Part shown: positions 9,100-17,012 of the stretch, piece after piece | Position numbering within the stretch: the stretch's first letter is position 1 | How the letters are laid out: every line of letters begins with the position of its first letter | Source: Octopus sinensis | Lineage: Eukaryota | Reading direction: 5' to 3' | DNA length: 17,012 nucleotides | Assembly (NCBI RefSeq): GCF_006345805.1 | Contig: NW_021824936.1 | Coordinates: forward strand, 1 to 17,012 | Position numbers and translations under genes: made by a program | The notes under the pieces: model-generated | Seen by the model: only the letters and a program-made list of their open reading frames with translations | The model's database searches: none | What the model was told of the DNA's origin: nothing

Positions 9100-9341
9100 C
9101 AATCCGACCGTGGCCGATGCCAGCCTCGTCTGGCACCTGTGCGGGTGGCACGTAAAAAGCACCCACTACACTCACGGAGTGGTTGGCGTTAGGAAGGGCA
9201 TCCAGCTGTAGACACATTGCCAGATAAGACCGGAGCCTGGTGCAGCCTTCTGGCTTCCCAGATCCCCAGTCGAACCGTCCAACCCATGCTAGCATGGAGA
9301 ACGGACGTTAAACGATGATGATGATGATGATAATGATGATG
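9100..9341 (+). mobile_element. Family F, 5'-truncated copy with (GAT)n tail
   Basis: Aligns with 8830-9048 and 11200-11410. Confidence 0.9.
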
Positions 9342-9665
9342 ACACACATGAACACACCTAACAAGCGTCGCCCATTAAAGAAACTGCCAAATCTCTAAAA
9401 CCAAGAAACAGACATAAATTTTTCAATCTCCATCATTCTTCTTTTCCCCATGTTGCCATGGTTACCAAAATTATTCTTTTTTTTTTGTAATCTTTTCTAT
9501 TTTATGTTTTTATTACTTATTTATTTCCATGGAGACAATCCAACTCTCATACAATCATTACTCCAAACAGAAAAATCAATACCTCATAAGCTGCTGGTCA
9601 TTTCCCTGGTTTGAATTTAGCCACATTGACCATTAACGACAATTCCAACCAATGATTACTATATT

Positions 9666-9871
9666 AGCCAGTAGATTGGAATCATTAGCATGCTGAACAA
9701 AATGCTTAGTGGAATTTCATCTGTCGTTACATTCCGGGTTCAAATCCTGATGAGGTCAACTTAGCCCTTCATACTTTCGGTGGCAGGGTCATTAAGACAA
9801 AGACCCCGTTAAACACTGGGCTCAGTGTAATTAACTAAGCTCCCTCATCCAAATATTTCGGGTTTTGTGCC
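9666..9871 (+). mobile_element. Old, diverged family B-related SINE
   Basis: ATCATTAGCATGCTG..CAAAATGCTTAG...GGGTTCAAATCC..GAGGTCAACTT.GCC.TTCAT follows the B consensus order. Confidence 0.7.
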
Positions 9872-9937
9872 GGGAGCAGATGGGGAACGTTCTGATCAGA
9901 TGATGAATATTTCAGTTGATCCAATCAGCAGAAACAT

Positions 9938-10384
9938 CATGATGATAGTGATATGATGATGATGATGACCACCACCACCACCACCACCACCACCACCACG
10001 ACGACGACGACGACGACCACCACCACCACCACCACCACCACCAAAACCACCACCACCACCACCACTGCTAGCACCAAAACCACCACTGCTAGCACCAAAA
10101 CCACCAACACCACGACGACGACCACCACCACCACCAAAACCAACACCACCACCACCACCACCACTAGCACCAAAACCACCACCACTACTAGCACCAAAAC
10201 CACCAACACCACAACCACGCCCACTATCGCCACTGCTACCACCAACACCATTATCACTGCTACTACCATGGCCACCAACACAGTGACCCCCCCCCCCCGC
10301 TGCTGACCCAGTGTCACCACTGCCACCACCACCACTACGACGACGACGACGACGACGACCACCACCACCACCACCACCACCACC
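9938..10384. repeat. (GAT)n followed by (ACC/ACG/ACT)n compound array
   Basis: Direct reading; gives poly-Thr and poly-Val ORFs. Confidence 0.9.
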
Positions 10385-10670
10385 CCTCTGAATTTATCTT
10401 TTCCTGGCATCTCTCCTGCTATATATACAGTGAGATGGGGGGGGGAGCTGGCGGGGGGGGGAGGGGAGCAGGCAGAGCCATGGGTGAGGTATTAGATGAA
10501 TGAAGATGTGACTGAAGAAGGAGGTCACAGTTTGGATGTCTGGGTGGGGACTGGGGGTAAATGGGGTGGCGGGAGGACACTGATAGTTCTTTTTACTTTG
10601 TCTTCAGACACAATCTTAAAAAACATCCATTTTGGTACACTGCCCTCAAATTCACCTCTCACAAACATGG

Positions 10671-10980
10671 GTATATATATATATATACATGTGTGTGTGT
10701 GTGTGTATACATACACATCATTAAATATATTCATTGTTATATACACACATCCTGAGAGTGCTTAAGATCTACATCATTATCACCACCACCACCACTACCA
10801 CCACCACCACCACCATGCAACAATGCCCTCACAATACACACACAGTGTCACATACATACAAATACACACACACATACATATATAACACACACACATACAT
10901 ATATATACACATGGACATAAATATTGACGAGAGAACCAGTGATAAATACATATATATATGTATGTATATATATATATAGT
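10671..10980. repeat. Patchy (TA)/(TG)/(CA)/(ACC) microsatellites
   Basis: Direct reading. Confidence 0.85.
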
Positions 10981-11141
10981 CTGGTGTCCCCCCACCCCGC
11001 TGAATTTTCCTCTAGAGAACATTCTTTTCTTTGTAGTTTGATCGTAGGTGATCTACTTCTAGCATACGGCCGACCACATAGTGGCTTGCCCTCCAAATGT
11101 ACACATGTATTAGAATTTTCTCTGATTTTTCATATTTTTGT

Positions 11142-11410
11142 ATGCCAGCCTCGGTCCGTTGCCAGCCTCGCCTGGCCCTCGTGCCGGTGGCACATAAAAA
11201 GCACCATCCGTTCGTGGACGTTTGCCAGCTCTGTCTGGCACCTGTGCGGGTGGCACGTAAAAAGCACCCACTACACTCACGGAGTGGTTGGCGTTAGGAA
11301 GGGCATCCAGCCGTAGAAACACTGCCAGATTTGACTGGGCCTGATGAAGCCTTCTGGCTTCACAGACCCCAGTAGAACCGTCCAACCCATGCTAGCATGG
11401 AAAACGGACG
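11142..11410 (+). mobile_element. Family F copy with two internal units, lacking the (GAT)n tail
   Basis: GGCAC.TAAAAAGCACC at 11189 and 11252; ends at ...GAAAACGGACG. Confidence 0.9.
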
Positions 11411-11553
11411 CAAAAATAAAAAAAAGAATAAGACTACTGGTTTTAAATTGATGTTAATTAAATTAAATTAATATTCAATGAACGGGAACGTGAAACTCAG
11501 AGTAACAGGTTTTGTTGAATTTCTGCTGCTTTTAAATAAAGTATATATATATA

Positions 11554-11683
11554 TCGGCAAAAGAGGCCGGTAGAATAAGTACTAGGCTTACAAAGAATAA
11601 GTCCTGGGGTCGATTTGCTCGACTAAAGGCGGTGCTCCAGCATGGCCGCAGTCAAATGACTGAAACAAGTAAAAGAGTAAGAG
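11554..11683 (+). mobile_element. Family A SINE, 3' fragment
   Basis: TCGGCAAAAGAG...GGCGGTGCTCCAGCATGGCCGCAGTC...AGTAAAAGAGTAAGAG. Confidence 0.9.
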
Positions 11684-11724
11684 TATATATGTATGCATGT
11701 ATGTATGTATATATATATACACAC

Positions 11725-11935
11725 CTTGTTTCAGTCATTAGACTGCAGCCATGCTGGAGCACTACCTCAGAAAGGGCTTTCTAGCCAAAGAAATCGACCC
11801 CAGGGCTTATTCTTAGTAAGCCTAGTACTTTATTCTATTGGTCGCTTATGCCAAACTGCTACATTACTGAGATGTAAACACACCAACACCGGTTGTCAAG
11901 CAATGATGGGAGGACAAACACAGACACACACACAT
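11725..11935 (-). mobile_element. Family A SINE, diverged 3' half, antisense
   Basis: CTTGTTTCAGTCATT.GACTG..GCCATGCTGGAGCAC...GGACAAACACAGACAC. Confidence 0.85.
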
Positions 11936-12059
11936 AATTAAGATTCGGTTAAACTAGGTACTTAAGTTGAAGTACTCTTGCTAGTTCAGTATAATCCGCA
12001 CACCCAGACAATATTGATTGGAGATTGAATAGCAAGACTCCATACAGGGGTGTTTTTAC

Positions 12060-12153
12060 CTGATATTCCTGTAATGTGTGCAGACAACCCAACCCAGCTG
12101 AGCGTAGATATCTGCACTTGGTAATTCAAACGTACTTTTTATAATGGTATTTT
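12060..12153 (-). other. Candidate 94-nt coding exon; product unknown
   Basis: CTAAC branch-like motif, tatatag| acceptor, AG|gtaaaa donor; only one frame is open across it (ENTIIKSTFELPSADIYAQLGWVVCTHYRNI). Confidence 0.2.
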
Positions 12154-12256
12154 CTATATAGTATTTCCAAAGTTAGGCGAATCAATTAAAAGAACCACTT
12201 GAAACGGCCATAATAAATTGACACCTGTACATCTTTGTTTTATATATATTATACGT

Positions 12257-12638
12257 GGAGGCGCAATGGCTCAGTGGTTAGGCCAGCGGACTTGCGGTCG
12301 TAGGATCACGGTTTCGATTCCCGGACCGGGCGTTGTGAGTGTTTATTGAGCGAAGACACCTAAAGCTCCACGAGGCTCCAGCAGGGGATGGTGGTGATCC
12401 CTGCTGTACTCTTTCACCACAACTTTCTCTCACTCTTACTTCCTGTTTCTGTTGTACCTGTATTTCAAGGGGCCGGCCTTGTCACTCTCTGTGTCACGCT
12501 GAATATCCCCGAGAACTACGTTAAGGGTACACGTGTGTGTGGAGTGCTCAGCCACTTACACGTTAATTTCACGAGCAGGCTGTTCCGTTGATTCGGATCA
12601 ACCGGAACCCTCATCGTCGTAACCGACGGAGTGCTTCC
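12257..12638 (+). mobile_element. Family C tRNA-derived SINE, apparently full length
   Basis: GGAGGCGCAATGGCTCAGTGGTTAG (A box), GGTTTCGATTCCC (B box), CORE-like TTGAGCGAAGACACCTAA; possible low-complexity TSD ATATATTATA at 12244-12253 and 12644-12653. Confidence 0.8.
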
Positions 12639-12908
12639 GGTCCATATATTATATATATATATTAGAAGAAATGAGGTACTCAGAAAATCGGGTGGTTTAT
12701 ATTTACAGATATTTATTTGTATATTACATGTTTTTATACATCATATAACTTAGATCATGTATTAGCGCTTTCTCCCCATTCTAGTGGGGTTTTCAAATCA
12801 AACTAAGTTCCTGTGTGAAGAGTTTTGACCATTTTATAGTGGTATTGAGTTTGTAGTGGTGGGGAGGAATATAAGACAGTACAAAAGGGTGATGGATGAG
12901 GAGAAAGG

Positions 12909-13008
12909 GAGAGAGAGAGCATGTGTGTGCGTGCATGTGTGTGCGTGCGTGTGTGTGTGTGCGTGCGTGCGTGTGTGCATGTGTGTGTGCATGCGTGTGT
13001 GTGTGTGT
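12909..13008. repeat. (GT)n/(GCGT)/(GCAT) microsatellite
   Basis: Direct reading. Confidence 0.9.
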
Positions 13009-13032
13009 TTTTGTATTTGGCATGAGTGCTGA

Positions 13033-13178
13033 GCTTCTTTCAGTTTCCGTCTACCAAATCTATTCACAAGGCTTTGGTCAGCCGGAGGTTACAGTAGAAG
13101 ACACTTGCCCAAGGTGCCACGCAGTGGGACTGAACCCAGAACCATGTGGTTGGGAAGCAATCTCTTACCACACAGCCA
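13033..13178 (-). mobile_element. Family A SINE 5' half, antisense
   Basis: GCTTCTTTCAGTTTCCGTCTACC...CTTACCACACAGCCA. Confidence 0.9.
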
Positions 13179-13215
13179 TATATTGTTGTGTGTTATATAA
13201 TATATATATATATAA

Positions 13216-13287
<72 letters not shown>
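13179..13287. repeat. (TA)n microsatellite, with a long pure run
   Basis: Direct reading. Confidence 0.95.
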
Positions 13288-13290
<3 letters not shown>

Positions 13291-13386
13291 TTATTTGAGA
13301 ACATAATCTTTGTGGAGAATGGCGATTTGACGTCTATGTCTAGCATGTTGACTGTCCACTTTTCGCGTTCAGTCCTTAATTGGTAT

Positions 13387-13781
13387 ACTCTTTTCTTTTA
13401 CTTGTTTCAGTCATTGACTGTGGCCATGGAGCACCGCCTTTAGTCGAGCAAATTGACCCCGGGGACTTATTCTTTTTTGTAAGCCCAGTACTTATTCTAT
13501 CGGTCTCTTTTGCCGAACGCTAAGTGACGGGGACGTAAACACACCAGCATCGGTTGTCAAGCGATGCTAGGGGGGGAAAACAACAGGGGAACACACACTT
13601 ATATATATATACATAATACGACAGGCTTCTTTCAGTTTCCGTCTACCAAATCCACTCACAAGGCATTGGTCGGCCTGGGGCTATAGCAGAAGGACACTTG
13701 CCCAAGATGCCACGCAGTGGGACTGAACCCGGAACCATGTGGTTGGTAGCAAGCTACTTACCACACAGCCACTCCTGCGCC
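13387..13781 (-). mobile_element. Family A SINE, full length, antisense
   Basis: Tail ACTCTTTT.. to head CACTCCTGCGCC; scattered 1-3 nt indels. Confidence 0.92.
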
Positions 13782-14567
13782 TATATATATATATATATAA
13801 TAACAAAGGGTAAAATTAATTAATTAAGAAGTAATCAATAATTTCACCAAGTAGAATTCGGCATGAAAAAAGGACCATTTCACAGTAAACCTAAGTAATA
13901 CTTAATAATTAGGGTTCAGCAAAGATTTGCTTTACCACATACTGAAGTTTAGAAATAGTGTATACACATATACACACACAAGTACATGTACAATGTAAAC
14001 TGTAATCTTTCCCTACCCCCTCCCCATACTGATGGGAGGGGCACTAGTAACTCCCTTCCTATCCTCCACCCCTATCCTGCTATCCATTCCATACCTGAAT
14101 TAAAAAGCCAGGGTGGCAAATATGATCAGGACGATGATGATGATGATGATGATGGTGATTGTGGTGGTGGTGGCAGTGTTGGTAATCCGCAGATTGTAGC
14201 TCCAGGGAAAACATGTTCAATGGTCATTGGCTGAAACTAATGAAGGGGGGGGGGGGAGGGGAGAAGGCATTTAAATAAGGCAGAAGGGGCTAGTAAATAA
14301 ATGTGTGGCCCTTTGGGGGGTGGGGACACAGGCAGCCATTGAGATGGAGATGGGAAGGGAGAGCATGGAGAGGAATAAGGTGGAGTGGCGGAGAGGAGGT
14401 CGAGGAGGTAGGTGGGGGGTGAGGAGAAAGGGGAGCCCCCCCCCAGGTAGGATCAATAATGGCCAGGTACATGGGGTCTGTGGTTGGTGTTTGTCCAAAG
14501 CATACAGTGAAAAAGGGAAAACAAATTGACTTGGGTTGCCAGGATCTAGAAAAACCCTGAAACAAAA

Positions 14568-14591
14568 GGAAGGAAGGAAGGAAGGAAGGAA
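14568..14591. repeat. (GGAA)n microsatellite
   Basis: Direct reading. Confidence 0.9.
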
Positions 14592-14669
14592 ACAGTTGTG
14601 AGGGTGGTGGGCTGGAGGGGGGGGTCGATGATGGGAAACAGGGGGCGGAGCAGTGAAGATGTAAAGCTT

Positions 14670-15080
14670 ACACACACTTCCATACATACAGACAGACATA
14701 CACACATACATATATACATACACTTCTTCATACACATGTATATATATTTCTCATTTGCCTTTCGTGCTGAACACAGACATGCATGTATGTACATACATAC
14801 ATACATACATATATATATATATACATAATATAATATCATACATACACACACATATATATATTATATACATACATCACACATATATATATATATACATACC
14901 ATATATATATACATACATACACATAATATATATACCATACATACATACAATATATATATAGTATATATATTATACATAACATACATATATATTATATATA
15001 TACACATACATACAATATATATATATTATAACACATACATATACATACATATATATATATACATATATATATATACATAC

Positions 15081-15144
<64 letters not shown>

Positions 15145-15255
15145 ACATATATATATATACATACCATCATACACATATATGCACACATGCATATATATGT
15201 GTATATTAAACACACACGTATACACACGCATACATGTATATGCCCACACACACAC
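14670..15255. repeat. Compound (CA)/(TA)/(TACA) microsatellite
   Basis: Direct reading. Confidence 0.9.
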
Positions 15256-15267
15256 CCTCTCCATAGT

Positions 15268-15360
15268 TGTATTTCCACTTTTCCAGGCCTGGCATTGGAC
15301 TGGGAAGGGTTTCCTGAGGCCATGTTTTTACGCTTGGGTAATTTTCCTGTCGACAATGCT
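15268..15360 (-). mobile_element. Old, diverged family F-related 3' fragment, antisense
   Basis: GTTTTTACGCTTGGGTAATTTTCCTGTCGACAA resembles the reverse complement of TTGGCGTTAGGAAGGGCATCCAGCCGTAGAAAC; TCCACTTTTCCAGGCCTGGCAT resembles GTCCGCTTTCCATGCTAGCAT. Confidence 0.5.
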
Positions 15361-15439
15361 TTTAGCAGCCTTTTATGACACACAACATGGAAGGAATGAG
15401 TGTATTCATTCAAAAACCACCCATGGCAAATGTATATAC

Positions 15440-15491
15440 AGGCATTACACACACACACATACAACATATACACTCAAATATATACAACATA

Positions 15492-15546
<55 letters not shown>

Positions 15547-15905
15547 AGGCAATATGTGTACATGTGTGTATGTGTATTATATATATATATACATATATAT
15601 AATCACACCACACACACATGTATATAAGTGTGTGTGTGTGTATATATATACGTGTATATATGTATATATATATATATATTATAATACATGATATATACAT
15701 GTATATATAATTTATAGAGTTATAGTTTTATTACAATTGTATATATATATATACATCTATATATATAATGTATATATACATGTATAGATATATATATATA
15801 ATATCTACATGTATATATATATATATACATGTATATATATATATATACATATATATATTGTATAATATATATATACAGTATATATATATATTTATGTATG
15901 TATAT
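15440..15905. repeat. Compound (TA)n/(TG)/(CA) microsatellite
   Basis: Direct reading. Confidence 0.9.
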
Positions 15906-16026
15906 AAACGTTACCAGATAAGACCGGAGCATGGTGCAGCCTTCGGGCTTCCCAGATCCCGGTCGAACCGTCCAACCCATGCTAGCATGGAGAACGGACG
16001 TTAAACGATGATGATGATGATGATGA
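15906..16026 (+). mobile_element. Family F, short 3' fragment with (GAT)n tail
   Basis: CCAGATAAGACCGGAGC...GGACGTTAAAC(GAT)n, near-identical to 9220-9330. Confidence 0.9.
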
Positions 16027-16246
16027 TATATATACATATGTATATATATATATATACGAATGTAATCAGCCGAATTGCAAAGATGATCTGGTTCTTGACT
16101 GATGACTGAGGGCTTCGAATGTCCCGTCCTGTGGTTCTTGTGTCGTCTCTTTGGTGTTTCATGTTCTTGTCCTGTCTGTATTTATTTATTTTTTTATGTT
16201 TACATCTATATATATTATAGATATATATATATATATTATAAAAACA

Positions 16247-16475
16247 CACCGATCATGGGCCGTTCGCCAGCCTCCGTCTGGCACTGTGTCGGTGCACATA
16301 AATCACCCACTACACTCTCGAGAGTGGTTGGCATTAGGAAATGCATCCAGGTGTAGAAACACTGCCGATCGACTGGGCTGGTGCAGCCTCTGGCTCCCAA
16401 GAACCTCAGTGAACCCGTCCAACCCATGCTAGCATGGAAAGCGGACGTTAACGATGATGATGATGATGATGATGA

Positions 16476-16479
<4 letters not shown>
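16247..16479 (+). mobile_element. Family F, 5'-truncated copy with (GAT)n tail
   Basis: GTGGTTGGCATTAGGAAATGCATCCAG...CCAACCCATGCTAGCATGGAAAGCGGACGTTAAC(GAT)n. Confidence 0.88.
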
Positions 16480-16519
<40 letters not shown>

Positions 16520-16558
16520 ATTTAGGAATTGTCATTTGGCCCGTTAACCAATACATAG

Positions 16559-16912
16559 ACTCTTTTCCTCTTTACTTGTTTCAGTATTGACTGCGGCCAT
16601 GCTGGATCACCGCCTTAGTAATTATTTATCGGTCTCTTTTGCCGAACCGATACGTTAGGGAGTAGACACACCAGCATCGGTTGTCAGCAATGCTAGGGGG
16701 ACAAAACACAGACACACAACCACATACACACACATATATATATAACATATATACGACAGGCTTCTTCAGTTCTGTCTAACAAATCCCCTCACAAGGCATG
16801 GTCGGCCCGGGGCTATAGCAGAAGACACTTGCCCAAGATGCCAGCAGTGGGAATGAACCGGACCCATGTGGTTGGTTAGCAAGCTACTAAAACACACAGC
16901 CACTCCTGCGCC
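16559..16912 (-). mobile_element. Family A SINE, both ends present, antisense, with many small indels and an internal deletion
   Basis: Tail ACTCTTTT.. to head CACTCCTGCGCC. Confidence 0.9.
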
Positions 16913-16945
16913 TATATATATTATATACAATCATAATACATACAC

Positions 16946-17012
16946 ACAGGCATGGCTATGTAGTAGTAAGAAGCTGCTTCCCAACCACATGGTTCTGGGT
17001 TCATTCCCACTG
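16946..17012 (+). mobile_element. Family A SINE head, cut by the window end
   Basis: ACAGGCATGGCTATG..GTAAGAAGC..CCAACCACATGGTTCTGGGTTCA.TCCCACTG. Confidence 0.85.

Noticed and set aside
11430-11545. Possible fragments of other octopus repeats (also 12660-12730, 13800-13950, 16060-16185)
   Set aside because: They look familiar but have no second copy or diagnostic motif in this window, so they cannot be supported.
60-11966. GTACTTAAG at 60-68, 4845-4853 (reverse) and 11958-11966 near unique islands
   Set aside because: Short AT-rich near-palindrome; multiple testing makes three hits unremarkable, and one overlaps a B-like AAGTACCAGT.
13986-14234. 82-aa ORF with poly-Asp/Gly, and minus-strand poly-His frame ending at CAG|gtatgg
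   Set aside because: Driven by a (GAT)/(GGT) microsatellite; no matching acceptor.
14641-14651. GC-box-like GGGGGCGGAGC as a promoter
   Set aside because: Single short motif in a G-rich patch with no CpG island or other support.
16098-16130. CTGATGA followed by GAAT..GTC
   Set aside because: Lacks the GAAA core and flanking stems.
808-16590. Most supplied ORFs (poly-Tyr/Ile, His/Thr, Leu, Asn, Val, and EDTCPRCHAVGLNPEPCGW-type peptides)
   Set aside because: They are translations of microsatellites or of SINE copies; the same peptide recurs wherever family A occurs.

Overview
AT-rich eukaryotic, repeat-dominated DNA, most likely an intron or intergenic region of an octopus (coleoid cephalopod) genome. 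The species call comes from recognising the repeat families, not from a search. Most of the window is microsatellite (TA, CA/TG, ATT/GTT/ATC, ACC) plus about 30 copies or fragments of six interspersed retroposon families, labelled here A-F. A is a tRNA-headed SINE with a CORE-like segment, an internal microsatellite and an (AGTAAAAG)n tail. B is a tRNA-headed SINE with a Meta-like body, present as monomer and dimer. C and D are further tRNA-headed SINEs. E and F are non-LTR-type 3' ends with (AAT)n and (GAT)n tails. Nearly all supplied ORFs are microsatellite or SINE artefacts, and no protein-coding gene can be named. A few short unique islands carry splice-like signals; the most curious is a 192-nt minus-strand exon candidate (4898-5089) that is open except for two TGA codons in TGA-x-x-TGA spacing. 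The best-supported observations concern SINE biology: nested insertions with target-site duplications, a dimeric SINE, a hairpin module shared by two families, and closely spaced inverted SINE pairs.
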